From Camelus ferus (Eukaryota): a stretch of 64,000 bases of DNA. The translations under genes were made by a program, and so were the position numbers. The notes beneath the pieces were generated by a model, which made no database searches, was not told the DNA's origin, and worked only from the letters and a program-made list of their open reading frames with translations. Position 1 is the first letter of the stretch. Every line of letters begins with the position of its first letter. The stretch covers positions 97,280,001-97,344,000 of the forward strand of contig NC_045696.1 of NCBI RefSeq assembly GCF_009834535.1, written 5' to 3'. Below are positions 48,961-62,979 of the stretch, piece by piece.

Positions 48961-49519
48961 CTAAATATAAAAGAGAAAAAAAAAGGGAATCAGATATTCA
49001 ATATGCAAATGGAAAATGGCCATTAAAATAATAAATGTCTTTTAAGTTTCTAGATAGCTGCTATAAATCAATTCAATTTATTTAAATTCTAATCACAATA
49101 TTATTAATTAAAACGTTAATGATAAGTTATCATTAGTGATTAGTTACCCCATAAATTATCCTAGAATTTTTATTTATTGACCTAAATTATCTTTAATTTA
49201 CTCTGACAGAAACATTATAAATAACATATAACAGTTTGTTTGTGAAAATACAAATGGTAGGCTTTAGGTTACAAAGACCACTGGATCAAGAATGAGAGGG
49301 TTGGAATTTTTCTAAGTTACAAACTAATAAAATTTTCAAACAACTATTAGTCATTGCACTTGCAGTGGTTCTAGCAGCAAAATGGGCAGAACTAATACAG
49401 CACAGCTGTACTATAAATATTCAGAAACACCAGATAAAATAGACAAAATATTTTGAACTACTAATTACTATGCTCGCAAAAATAAAAATGAAGTCCATGG
49501 GGCCAGAACCAAATACTAA

Positions 49520-50524
49520 AAGCAACACCATAAAAGAAAATTTTGACAAATTTGACTCCATCATTGTTAAGGACTTCTGTCCTCAAAAGACACTGTTAAA
49601 AGATGAAAGACAAGCCACAGACTGGGAGAAAATACTTATAAATTGCATATCTCATAAGGGATTTCTATCCAAAATATATGAACAATTCAAAACTTAATAA
49701 GAAAACAAGCAGCTAACAGAAAAAAAATGGACAAAATATATGAATAAACATTTTGCTACTGAAGATAAGCAGATGGCAAGTAAGTAGTTGAAGAGATGCT
49801 TAATATAGTCAAGAGGAAAATTAAAATTCAAATCACAAATACCATTATATACCTATTAGAATGATTAAAATGAAAAAGACTGACTATACCGAGTGTCGGC
49901 ATGGAAGTAGAGGAACTGGCACTCTGATACACTACTGAAAGGACTGTAAAATGGTACAACCACTTTGAAAAGTAGTTCGGTGGTTTCTTATAAATTCAAA
50001 TACATATAAACCAAATGACCTAATCATACCACTCCTACTTATATTTACTCAATAGAAATGAAAGCGTAAGTCTATATAACAGCTTATACACAAAAAGTCT
50101 ATGTCAGCTTTATCTGTAATAGCCAAAAACTAGAAACAAGCCAAATTTCATCAACAAGGTAAATGGATAAACAAAACTGTGGTATAGTCATACAGTGGAA
50201 TACAACTTGACAATAAAAAGTAATGAATATCAACATACTCAATAACATATATGAATCTCAAAATAATTCTTCTGAGAGAAAGAAGGCAGACACAAAAGAG
50301 TACATAGTTTATGATTCCCTGTATATAAAGTTGTAGAAAACGCAAACTAATCTATATGACTAAAAGCAGATCTGTGGTTACCTAGGGATGTTGGGGAGGG
50401 GGAGAGGTACATGAAGAAGAAATTTGGAAGGGGTGAAAGGGATAGATTACCATAGAGCATGAGGAAACTTTTTGAGCTGATCAATATTTCATTATCTTGA
50501 TTGTGGTGGTGGTTTGAAAGATGT

Positions 50525-50574
<50 letters not shown>

Positions 50575-51110
50575 GTCAAAACTTAACTAAATTGTACAAT
50601 TTAAATATGTGCAGTTTGTTAATATGTTAATCATACTTCAATAAATGTTTATTTTAAAAATTTAAGGATAACAACAATACAATGTAAGCTTTCAAACTAG
50701 TAGGAGAGAGAGGTGGAGAGAAAGAGAAAAAAAGTTGAGTAATCCGAATCTGCATAGTTAAAAAAAAAAAAAAAAGAGTAAACAACAGAAATTAGTCCAA
50801 ATCACAAAAAATGTAAATGGACTAAATTCACCAGTTTTTTTTTTTTAACAGAGTGTATTATGTTGGGTAACTAAAAAATTCCAACCATATGCAATTTACA
50901 AGATACAAGATTAAAACTTAATGACACATTAAGATAAAAATAAAGGTTAAAAAATACAGGGATGGATAAAGATATACCATGACAATACTAAGCAAAAGCT
51001 GATATATCAAGTAAAATAGGATATAAGACAAAAATCATCATTAGGAGATATTTATCACAATGTTAAAAAGGACACTTCACCCAGAAAATGACAAAATTAT
51101 GTGAGAAATA
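49520..51110 (+). mobile_element. Old L1 ORF2/3'UTR fragments, with a (GT)n tract at about 50531-50564
   Basis: Relic KDFCPQKTLLK..RQATDWEKI; typical L1M 3'UTR. Confidence 0.75.
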
Positions 51111-51159
51111 CACAAGATCACAAGCTCAGTAATTTCTAGCTCAGGCAGACCAAAAAAAA

Positions 51160-52131
51160 AAGTATATATAAACAGCTCATATGACTTAATAAGAAAAAAA
51201 CAAACAACCCAATCCAAAAATGGGCAGAAGACCTAAACAAGCAATTATCCAATGAAGACATATGAATGACCAATAGGCATATGAAAAATTGCTCAATATC
51301 ACTATCATAGAAATGCAAATCAAAACTACAATGAGGTATCACCTCACACCAGTCATAATGGCCATCATTCTAAAGTCCACAAATGATAAATGCTGGAGAG
51401 GGTGTGGAGAAAAGGGAAACCCCCTACACTGTTGATAGGAATGCAGTTTGGTGAAGCCATTGTGGAAAACAGTATGGAGATTCCTCAAAAGACTAAAAAC
51501 AGATTTATCATATGATCCAGCCATCCCACTCCTGGGCATATAGCCAGAAGGAACACTAATTCAAAAAGACACCTGCACCCCAATGTTCATAGCAGCATTA
51601 TTTACAATAGCCAAGACATGGAAATACCTAAATGTGCACTGACAGATGACTGGATAAAGAAGTTGTGGTATATTTATATAATGGAATACTATTCAGCCAT
51701 AAAATGACAACATAATGCCATTTGCAGCAACATGGATGTTCCTGAAGAATGTCATTCTAACTGAAGTAAGCCAGAAAGAGAAAGAAAAATACCATATGTT
51801 ATCAGTCATATGTGGAATTTAAAAAAAAAGACAAATGAACTTATATATAAAACAGAAACAGACTCACAGACATAGAATACAAACTTGTGGTTGCCATGGG
51901 GGAGGGACATGGGACGGGATAAACTGGGAGTTCAAGATCTGCAGATACTGACAGGTATATATAAAATAGATAAAGAAGTTTATACTGTATAGCACAGGGA
52001 AACATATTCAATATCTTGTTGTAGCTCACGGTGAAAAAGAATATGAAAATGAATATATGTATATTCATGTATGACTGAAAAATTGTGCTGTACACAACAC
52101 TGTAAACTAACTATAATTCAATAAAAAAAAA
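51160..52131 (+). mobile_element. Lineage L1 ORF2 end, 3'UTR and A-tail
   Basis: Closely similar to 3769-4277. Confidence 0.9.
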
Positions 52132-52147
52132 TGTAAAGACTACAGAC

Positions 52148-52443
52148 CTATGATACCCAATACGGTAGTCACTATACATATATGTGCACTTGAAATGTGG
52201 CTAGTCTCAATTGAGATTTGCTGTAAAAGTATAAAGTACACACTAGATTGCAACGATTTAGTACAAAAAGAATGGAAAACATATTTTATATTTATATTAA
52301 CTGAATGTTGAAATACATTTTAGATTATTAGGTTAAATAAATATAGTCTTTAAGTTAATTTCACCTGTTTCTTTTTACCTTTTCAAATTTGGCTACCAGA
52401 AAATTTTAAATTACAAGAAATATCATTCTGCTGCCTAGCACTG
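52148..52443 (-). mobile_element. MER33-like DNA transposon
   Basis: 'gcacttgaaatgtggctagtc..aattgagat..ttaatttcacctgtttctttttac' is the reverse complement of MER33 as recalled. Confidence 0.75.
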
Positions 52444-53924
52444 ATTTAGAAAACAGAAGAGAACAAAAAACTATAGACAATTGCAATGATTGCACATTTC
52501 TGTGAATATACTAAAAACCACTAAGTTATATAATTTAAATGGGTCAGTTTTGCATTATGTGAATTATACCTCAATAAAGCTGCCTTTAAAAAAAATTGGA
52601 CAAAACAAATACACAAGCTCAAACTAATGGACATATATATAAACCTCTGCATTCCACAATTCTTTTCACACACATGGGGAATGTTTTCAAAATTTAACCA
52701 CAATCACCATGCCTCTTTGCCACCAGGATTCTAAATAACTTGAGAAATAAGATCACAAATGGCAGATGGAGGCAGGTGGAGTACCTAACTCAGTGGAGAA
52801 AGAGAATCTTTTCCTAAACCACAGAATTAGATTGCCTCACCCACCCACGTACAGACAAAGACAACTCCAGAATGGAGCAGGCCTTCCCTTCACAGCAGAA
52901 CCAGTCCTGGAGGAGATGAAGACAGGCTGGTCCCAAGAGAAAGGTAAAGCTAAGCCAAACATGCCCTAATTTATTCTTCCCAAATGTACCGCACAGGTAA
53001 GATACTTCATTGCCTCCAAGACCAAATGAGTAAAAGCGCAGGGAAGGGCAAAGGAGTATTAGTAATTGACTTCCCCGTTCACATGGATGGAAACGTCAAG
53101 AGTGGTAAAGAAATGTCCTATATAACAGTGAAAAAAAATTTTTTTTTATTTAAACCAAATAAAAATAAAAATATTCCTTATCAAAAGTAATGAATTATAT
53201 ACAACTAAAGCGACTGTGAAAGAGAAATTTATAACCCAAAGGCATAAACTAGAAAGAAAAAAAAAAGAGTAAGTATTCAGCTGATCAAGCTAGAAAAAGA
53301 AAAGCAACGTATCCAAACAAAATAGAAGAAAGAAAATAATGCTAAGAGAAAAAATTCATGAGACAGATTAAAAAAGTAAAGACGTTAGAATATAAGTCCC
53401 ATGGGAATTTAAGCTGCTTGATATCAGGAATTTTTACCTATTTTCCTCAGAGGAAACTTCAGACCCTAGAGCAATGCCTAGGTTTATCACGGGTGCAGAA
53501 TAAGTATTTGTTGAATGAAAGAAAAAAAAGAAAATCTCAAAGTCCACTTCTTTCAAGACAAACTTCTGACAACACTGTGCAAGGCACAGATGGATATGAA
53601 TAAACAGAACTCATTCCACATATGTGGAATGAAAGTCTCTTTAAATTGTTATATGAGTATGTAAATATCATAAGTCACTTTATACAACAATACTTGAAAA
53701 CAGACAAAACAGACAATTTCCTAGAAATATAATTCAGTTCGAAGAAGTAGACAAAATATGTCCAAGCAATTATGAAAAAGGTCAGCAGACCCAGCTGATT
53801 TTATAGACAACCTTCACCAAAAATTCAAGTAAAGGATAATTTTGATTTTATTTTTAAAAAACTCTTTTAGAAAACAGAAAATAAGAGAAAGCTTTAATTT
53901 TATGGGGCTAGTTTTATCTTGTCT

Positions 53925-54585
53925 AATTATTTAAACTATGGTAAAATACACGTAACAAAATTTTCTATCTTAACCACTTTTTAAATACACAGTTCTGTGG
54001 CATCAAGTACATTCACACTGTTGTGCTACCATCACCAACATCCATCCACCAAATTCTTTTCATCTCCCAGAACTGAAACTCTGTACCCATTAAACAGTAA
54101 TCCTGCAACCTCCCCTCCCTACAGCCCCTAGCAACCACTATTCTACTTTCTGTCTCTGAATCTGACTACTCTATGTACCACATATAAATAGAATCATACA
54201 GTATTTGGCCTTTGGTGACTGACCAATTACCCTTAGCACAATGTCTTCAAAGTTCATCCATGTTGTAGCATGTGCCAGAATTTTCTTTCTTTTTAAGGCT
54301 ACATAATATTCCATTGCATATATATATCACATTTTGTTTATCTATTCATCCATCAACGGACAACTGAGTTGCTTCCACCTTTGACTACTGCAAATAATGC
54401 TGTTATGAACGTAAGTGTACAAATACCTGCCTACTCTCTGCTTTCAATTCTTTTGGGTATACCCAGAAGTGCTATTGCCTGATCATATGGTAAATTAATG
54501 TCTTTTTTTTTTTTTTTTGAAGAACTGCTATACTGTTTTCTATACTGGCTGCTTCACTTAACATCCCTACCAACAGTGCTCAAGA
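53925..54585 (-). mobile_element. L1MB-like 3' end
   Basis: Homologous to 6350-7000 ('aactgaaactctgtacccattaaacag'). Confidence 0.8.
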
Positions 54586-55149
54586 AGACTGACTTGATGT
54601 CAAAATTATTCTAGCTCCATAAAACTAAAATTTCCCCTTACCTGGACATTCAGATTGCTAATATTTTATTTAGGATTTTTGCACCTTTGTCCAAGTGTAA
54701 AACTGGCTGACCCATATTAGAAATCTTAATAACCCATCATGCAAAGACATAATTTATACATCATAATCAAATAAATTTTATACCAAAAATACAAAGATTT
54801 TTTTAATTTACAAAACAAATTAATCCAACATAAGAACAGAGTAGGAGAAAAAGTAATGATTATTACAACAGATAGAAAAACATATATATAATTCAGCACC
54901 ATTCATTATTTAAAAAGAAAAAAGCAAATAAAAATTTGTTTCCTTTTTTTCTAATCCTTACACTTTTTTTTCTTGTTTTACCAGAAAATATAGCACAATT
55001 TTAAACAGGCATTCTCTTTTTTGTTCCTGACCTTCAAGGGAAGGTTTCTAATAATTCACCATTTAATGATGTTCACTTTAAGTTTTTAGTCAATAATCTT
55101 TATTAATTTAAGGGTAATTTACTTTTGGCTTGCCAAGGTTTGTTGTTCT

Positions 55150-56330
55150 ACCCTTGTATACTTCTTTGCTTCTACACTGAAAACCCAAGAGAATCAACAA
55201 ATTCAAATAACTAGAATAGGAGAATTCAGCAAGTTTGCAGAGACAAGATTAATATACAAAAATCAATAATGTCCAGTATCCAAATGTTGGTTACTAAATA
55301 CTACTCTGCAATTTAAAAAAACCAGGGCTCCTTTGAGAAATATCTTATTCTAGGGCTGAGGCAAGAAAAACAAAAGATGAGCCTGGAGCTTCTTATGGTA
55401 CCAAACACTGAAGAAGTACTTACAAAACAAAAGGATGGGTCGAATTGAAGGGATGCAAGACCCAGGCTAACAGAGCTCCCAAAGCCAAAGCTCGAACAAT
55501 TTAAACAACAAAAATATATAGCGTAGTACTGGATTATTACCCAAAGTATAAAATAAATATACAGAGTACAAACCAATATAAATAAATGATTGAATAAATA
55601 AATAAATAAATGCCAAGAAGAAATAAATATTTCTTACAAAAGAATTCCAAATAATATATACAGATACTTCCTCCTTCCAGTAAGTGGAGCTTAATTCCTG
55701 GCCCTCCCCACCTTTAGGGCACACCTCAGTTCCAAAGAAAGAAGAGAAAAGAGAAAGAGAAAAACATTAACTTCATGGTGGAGAAACCTGGCAATCATTA
55801 CCTCAACCAAGGGATGAAGGTTAATATTATCATTGACATTGTGCAGATATCATATAGCCCCTGACAGGATATGATGAGAAGGGCACTTCACTTCAGTAAT
55901 ACTCTTTTTAAAATCCTATAACCCAGTCTAACTGTAAGAAAAGTGTCAGATTAAGGGACATTCTATGGGATACCTCGCCAGGATCCTCAAGACTGCCAAG
56001 GTCATGAAAAACGGGGAGAGACTAAGAAACTGTCATAGATCAGAGGAGACTGGGAATACATGACAATTAAAAACAGTGTGGTAACCTGGGCTGGGTCTTC
56101 TTGGGACAGAAAGGAAACATTAAAGGAAAAACTGGTAAAATCTATACAAAATCTAGAGTTACTAACAGTAATGTACCAATGTCCATTTCTCAGTTTTGAC
56201 AAGTGTACCATGGTAAAGTAAAATGTTAACAATAGGGGAAACTAAATGAGGAATGTACAGGAACTCTTTTCTTTGCAACTTTTCTGTAAATCTTAACATT
56301 ATTCCAAAATTAAAAGTTTATTTTAAAAAA
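55150..56330 (+). mobile_element. L1MC-like 3' region
   Basis: 'aaaacccaagagaatcaac', 'ggtggagaaacctggcaa..tacctcaaccaag', 'ttgcaacttttctgtaaatc'. Confidence 0.65.
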
Positions 56331-57517
56331 TCAATAATGTTTTTATACCTTAATAATAACCAATTAGAAAATGCAATTCCAAAAAAGTCTAACAAAAGAG
56401 ATGCAAAATGTTTACAGAAAAAAAGATTATTAAGCTGATGGATACGAAAGGCCTAAATAAATTAAAAGAAATAGCACAGCATCATAGGAAGATTGAACAT
56501 TTCAAAGACAGTGTTTAATCTTTAAATTAATCTATGAATTCAGTACAATAATAAACTCATTAGATGTTAATATAAATACTTTTTGAAAATAAAAAAGTTA
56601 GAGACAATAGTGGAATTGTTTTATATCTTTGTAAATCTCTTTTAAAATTTATCTTAACAGAAACAGAGAGATTCTCATATCTGCTTCTGCCTTCAATTTG
56701 TTTTGATATCACACACCACGTAGCCTCGCCACTATAAACCCTGAGGGAATGAGAGTGACAAAGGCAAATCATATCTTAATATCAGTATTAAAATAATTTT
56801 GACCTTGCAGATCCACTAAGAGTCCTGAGACCATGCCTTGGTAACCACTGTTCTGGAGAAACAATGTGTCACTCTCCCTTAATCTCAAGCCCTCAAACTA
56901 TTCCTTATTTACATTTTAATATAAAAATTTTCAAACACAGAGAAAAGTTGTAAGAATTTTACAATAAAAACCCATATACTCACTACCTAGATCCTACAAT
57001 CAGCATTTTACTATACTTTTTAATCACATATTTATCCATCCTGCTATCTACCCATCAATATATCTTTTTTCTCTTAATTTTATACAATGCATTTCAAAGT
57101 AAGTTGCAAATATCAGTATATTTCCCCCCAAATACATCAGCATATAAACTCATTACTTAGAGTTTAATACTTTTTATAGTTCTTTTTTTTTTCCTTTTTG
57201 GGTTAACTTTACTTCCAATGAAATGCACAAAATTTAAGTATGCAATTTGGTGATTCAGACATTGCAGCCCAGAGCTCTCTCAAGATATAGAACATGACTC
57301 TCCCTCCCCAGGAAATTCCCTCATACCCTTCTGAGTGAATCATTCACTCCTCCCTAGCCCCCTAGAAGCAATCACTGTTCTGACTTTTTTCCTACCCAGA
57401 TTATCTTTGCCTTTTCCAGAACCAGCCATATAAATGGACTCATACAATATGTACTCTTTGATGTATGGTTTCTTTCACTCAATACAATGTCTTTTAGAGC
57501 CATTCATACTATTTTTT

Positions 57518-57632
57518 TTTAGGTTTTTTTGTTTATTTGTTTGTTTGTTTTAGAGGAGGTACTGGGGATTGAATCCAGAACCTCATGCATGCTAAGCATG
57601 CACTCTATCACTTGAGCTATACCCTCCCCCCC
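57518..57632 (-). mobile_element. tRNA-derived SINE (Vic-1-like), short form
   Basis: Reverse complement reads GGGGGAGGGTATAGCTCAAGTGATAGAGTGCATGCTTAGCATGCATGAGGTTCTGGATTCAATCCCCAGTACCTCC plus A-rich tail. Confidence 0.85.
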
Positions 57633-57701
57633 ATTCAATACAACGTGTTTTAGAGCCATTCATACTATTTTTTAAAAAGTATTTAAAATTAATTTACCTA
57701 C

Positions 57702-57807
57702 CATAAAAATGACTATCAAGATGAGACAGATGCCCACTATGATAAGGAAGGGGATTAGGTAGTACTCCAGAGGAAGACTAAATTCTGGAACTAAGATGAT
57801 GTGGCCC
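57702..57807 (-). CDS. RNF13: RNF13 exon with transmembrane helix (GHIILVPEFSLPLEYYLIPFLIIVGICLILIVIFM)
   Basis: 106 nt, phase 2-0; acceptor 'ttttgttttcttccag', donor ATG|GTAGGT. The upstream PA-domain exons were not found, so they lie beyond the window. Confidence 0.97.
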
Positions 57808-58186
57808 CTGGAAGAAAACAAAATTTAGTAATTGGGAAATATTAATAGTTGCCAAATTATGGTGTTAATTAAGAACAAAGAAAATGTTTTTAAAAGGCAT
57901 TTAGACACTACAATTCAATCCATCAGACACATCTCATTTTATAACATATGATTTCCAATAACTTAAGGGATGCTTTTTTCATCTTTAAGTCCATTTTACA
58001 TATTTGCCAAAATAACTTGCCTATATAATTAAAAGGAAGCTTTTAGACTGAGTAGAGGAAATCAGCCAATTAATACTTACCACATTACCGTGTCCATCCT
58101 AGAAACATGCATTTACTGAATTCAGTAACCTAGGCAAAAGTTAGCATATTTTGCATACAAAATCAACATTTAAAAATGGCATTACT

Positions 58187-58318
58187 GGGGGGAGGGTATA
58201 GCTCAGTGGTAGAGCGCGTGCTTAGCGTGCACAAGGTCCTGGATTCAATCCCAGTGCCTCCTTTTAAAAAAATAAATAAATAACCTAATTACCTCCCCCC
58301 CAAATAAATACATTTCTA
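58187..58318 (+). mobile_element. tRNA-derived SINE (Vic-1-like) with TSD
   Basis: 'ggggagggtatagctcagtggtagagcgcgtgcttagc..ggattcaatccc'; TSD core AAAAATGGCA 58172-58181 / 58319-58328. Confidence 0.85.
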
Positions 58319-59623
58319 AAAAATGGCAGTATCTTGGGTGGTATGTCAACAAGAACCTCCACCCCAACCAAATTACTATTCATCAGTTCCTTGTATGAAA
58401 AAACTCTGGAGCCACTATTGACAAAAATATAGTCCCTACTCCCTTTATGCTTTACATAAACTTGTACCAAGTACAACATATACAGCCCTGCACTCCACAT
58501 TCATTTGTGAGATATGTAATGGAAAACTGGCAAAGCAATGCACCAGAGTTGTAGCTTCTTCTCTATTCTCAACTTTTTACATTGCTTGACTGAAATAAAA
58601 AAACAAAACAAAATCTTTATGTTGTGTGGGAGGGTAGAGAATACCACATGCCTTACTCTTCTTTGTTATTTACCATGTTATTAGTTACTGTGATACTACT
58701 ATTATAAAAATAGACAGGGACTGATGAAGTGAAACTGATCAGAATAAGCACACTATTTGTGTTACATGAGCAAATTTTACAAGGCAGCAAAATCCTGCAA
58801 TAGAAAATATCCTCCGTCTAGGGAGTCTGTTCAGAAAGATGACTGATTTCTCCATTGTACTCTGTGTTACTCGACTGGTATGGTGCCAGCAACACTACTT
58901 TGTTGCCTACTACTGGGTGATTTTTCAGATAGCAACTCCAGGTATTCACAACAGAAGGGTTAGATACAAAACAAAAATTCTCAATATACAAGGAAATAAA
59001 AACAGGCTGACTCCTTCCCCTATGTTAGGATATGCTTAGGATATCAGGGTACTTTAAAAAGTAACATGAAAGCCAATTACTTCTATTCCAAAGTGATTTT
59101 TAAGTCTTTATGCTATAAATAATCCTATTCACATCCAAAGAGCTCTATCAATCTTCAACAAAAATAAAAACAAAAAAGATAACACCAGGAATTTCCCTCA
59201 ATAATTTACATATTTTCCAAAAACTACTAAGATTGCTAAAAAGCAGTTTTTTACTTCACTTTCTAGCAGAATAGAAGATGACAAAGATTTATATGCATTT
59301 TTGTAACTTTACATAAAATACTGAAGTGACTGATACATCATCAGAGTAAAAGAGAGAAAAGCTGTCTGGGATGTTCTATTTGCTACCATTTCTTCCAGCC
59401 TAAGACCAGCTCTGTACATAATGTCCCTGTTCTTGGCACAAACCCTCTGAAACTGCCTCAGGGCTAGGGCTGAGATATAGTTAACACGTGGTGCCACTTT
59501 TAAATAGATAAGCCTTTCCAGGAGGTGCTGATCCTCTGCAACCTCCCTACCGCACTCCCACCAACCAGCTATAAAGTAACATTGTGAGGGTTTAGAAGCC
59601 AGACTAAATGATTGATCGGTCAC

Positions 59624-59697
<74 letters not shown>

Positions 59698-59715
59698 CAT
59701 CCATCCATCCATCTA
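59624..59715. repeat. Compound tetranucleotide STR (TCTA)18(TCCA)4TCTA
   Basis: Direct reading. Confidence 0.95.
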
Positions 59716-61409
59716 TACAGTTTAGTCAGTCTGCTATCTCAGACCATTTTAGTTTACTGTCAAGATATATTGTGAAGATTTTTAAAGGCTCTACAATTGA
59801 CAGGTTTTAAGTATCTTAAATCAAAAGCTCAATTTTACATTCAAGATACTGCTTTTTTCTTAACTAAATTGCTAACGGTGGAGGTGGTGACAGCAATGAT
59901 ATATGGTGGAGAACTGCAACAGAACATCAGTCCTCCATCTTTATCTCTGTTTCCTCTGTCCAGGCTCCTACAGCTTAGGCTGCAGACTCATCCCTGTCCT
60001 GTCCTAACACCAGATCAATTTGTATTTGAAGGAGGAGATATTTAAATAGCTTTAGTATCTTCCCACACTACCTCCATGTCCACCCCACAATACAGTATAT
60101 TCCACGTGCTCTGTAGCCAAGAACTGCTCAGTGAAGCAGAGTCCTAAGCAACCTAGGAAACAGTGTCTTATTTTCCTTTGCATGAGGTCCGAGGGTAATT
60201 TTAAACCAGGTGTCCCCGCCCAAACTTTACAGCAATAATCTCTAATTTCCCAATTCCTCTGTTGACATGAGGTCTTGCCTGTTGTCTGTTTTGTTATCCA
60301 ATCCCCGCCATCTTGGATCAAAGAACTGGAGCCAAACTACTGAGCCCCAGTGGATATACAACCATACACCAGAGTCTTCTTTCCTATAAACAAGTTTCCA
60401 GACAGTGACCTGTGATCAGTCCAACCGTTGGACACCCTCACTATTTCAGCTATTAGTCTGAACGTGCTCCCTTCAGATGAAACTCATGACTGCCTCATCA
60501 AACAGCCTACGTCCCCTGCTAGGTGTCCCATTTGTGACACATCCTGTTTTGGTGCCCCAGTACCCTGTTCTGTCTTGTTGAAGAATGCTGAGGTAGCATA
60601 ACAACAGTTTGATTTCACCGGCTTTTACTGAATATCTACTTGATACAGTCATTGTACCTGGTGCTACGGATGAAACATGAAAAAATAGAGTACTTAAACA
60701 TGAGAAAGAAGATTTTAGAGTTAAAAGGAATTTTGAGAACTTTTTATTCTAATTCTTCATTTTCAAAAGAGAAAAAAATAGGTCCATGAAGATTAAATGA
60801 CCCTCTAGTGGCCACAGCCTAGCAATCTCTCCAGTGCACCTTGCTACTTACTATGAGCAAACACAATCCTTTCCTCTGCCCACAATTGTTAAAACTTACA
60901 TGCCATCAATATGTTTTCTCTCCTACTAAAAAGTTACAAAATGCTTTTAGAGTTCAATTTTTTAAAGACCAAAACAAATAAAAAATACCAAACGGTTTAC
61001 AGAAAAGTTCTCTATGAATAGAAAATGCTAACTTAACCAATGAGTTTCCTTATCAGAGTGGCAAGCACTTAAAAACACTGATAATACATATTATTGGCAA
61101 GAGCAGAGGAAAACACTGGCTCTCCTAAAAAACCAATGAGTTTTCTTATCAGAGAAGCAAGTAATTTAAAAGACTGATAGTACATATTATTGGCAAAAAT
61201 AAAAGAAAACATTGGCTTTCCATAATTGATTCACTTTTTGTGGAGGGCAGTATGACAGCTGTTTACTTAAATTTAAAACTGTTGTACTCCAGCGGGTCCA
61301 CTTTCAGGTGCTTTCGATAAAGACACATTTGTGCAACCGCACGTGATGTATGATCAAGGATATTTTCATAGCACTTTCTGAAGCAGACGAAAGTTGGGAG
61401 AGGAGATTA

Positions 61410-61620
61410 ATGGCTAACATTTATGAACCATTTACTATGTAGCAGGTATTCCTCCAAGAATTTGATTAACGTGTTAAATCTTCATAGCAGTGTTGTATGC
61501 TGTAGGCACTACATCATTTTTAAAGATGAGAGAGGTTAAGGCCCAGAGATGACAAGTTTTTATTGTTGTTGAAGGTCACACAGCTAAGAAGTGATGGAAG
61601 CCAGAATTAGAATGAACAGT
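61410..61620 (-). mobile_element. MIR SINE relic (others at about 27600-27790, 29250-29440, 35290-35630, 48270-48460)
   Basis: 'aaggtcacacagctaagaagtgatggaagccagaatt' MIR core motif. Confidence 0.6.
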
Positions 61621-61624
61621 AGTT

Positions 61625-62948
61625 AAAAGGAATAAAGTACAATAAAACAGAAATGGATGGATACTTTCTTAATATGATAAAAAGCCAGACCCTTAAAGAC
61701 AAAACAAGAAGCTTTCTCACTAAAGTGAGGAACAAGGTAAAAATGCCTGCTATCTCCATTACTATTTAACATGGTATTGAAGGTACTAGCCAACGCAATT
61801 AGATAAGAGAAAACAATTATAAGCATAAGAACTAGGAAGGAAAAGATAAAACTATTTCTATTGGCAATGGAAAAACTCTGCCAACAGTAAGAGAATTCAG
61901 TCAAATTGCAGGTTATAAAAACCAATGTACAAAAATACACTTTTATAAATACAATAAAAACCAGTTAGTAGATATAGTAGAAGAGTAGACCTCACTTACA
62001 ATAGCAAAGAATAAAATATCTAGGCATAAATTTAATGAGAAATGTTTTTCTCACATTGGTTTTGAGCTAGAATAAACTTCCTGAGTACATAAAAAAGAGA
62101 GTTGAACACATGGAAGGACATACCATGTTCTTGGATAAGGAGATGTAACATCCTAAAAGTGTTAATTCTCCCTGAATTAATTTAGTTATATAATGAAATT
62201 CTAATAAAAATATCATCAGGTTTTTCCAGAGCTAGACAAGTTGATTATCAAATTCCTTTGGAAGGAGAAATCAAAATCCTCATACATTGCTGGCAGGAAT
62301 TTAAATGGTACAGGTACTTTGAAAAACAGTCTGGCAGTTCCTAAAAAGTTAAGCATATGATGAGCACTCTAAAGTGCATATAGATATTGAACTATAGTGC
62401 TGTACACCTCAGACTTACATAATCAAAAAAAATTTTTTAAGATAAACACAGAGTTACTACATAACAATCCATTCTAGGTATACATCCAAGAGAAATGAAA
62501 GTATAAGTACACACAAAACTTGTATGTGAATGTTCACAGCACTATTATTCATAATAACCAACATGTGGAATTTAGCTAAATGTCCATCAATTGATGAATG
62601 GGTAAACAAAACGTGGTATGTCTAAACAATGGAAATTATTCAGCAATAAAAAAGAATAAAACTACAACATGGCCAAACCTTGAAAACATTATGCCGAGTG
62701 AAAAACACCAATCACCAAAGATCACTTATTGTATGATTCCATCTATGTACAATGACCAGAAGAGACAAACTCAAAGAGACAGAAAATAGATTAGCAGTTG
62801 CCTGGGGCTGGTGTTGGGGAAGAGAACGTAGGGACTAGAGAATGACTGCAAATACATACATGGTTTCTATTTGGAGTGTTGGAAAGTTGTAAAAGTAGAA
62901 TGTAGTGACAGCTGCTTCCTCTCTCGCTTGCTCTCTCTCACCCTCCAC

Positions 62949-62979
<31 letters not shown>

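Noticed and set aside
58187..58262. tRNA gene
   Set aside because: Imperfect cloverleaf, SINE tail, TSD and several diverged copies indicate a SINE.
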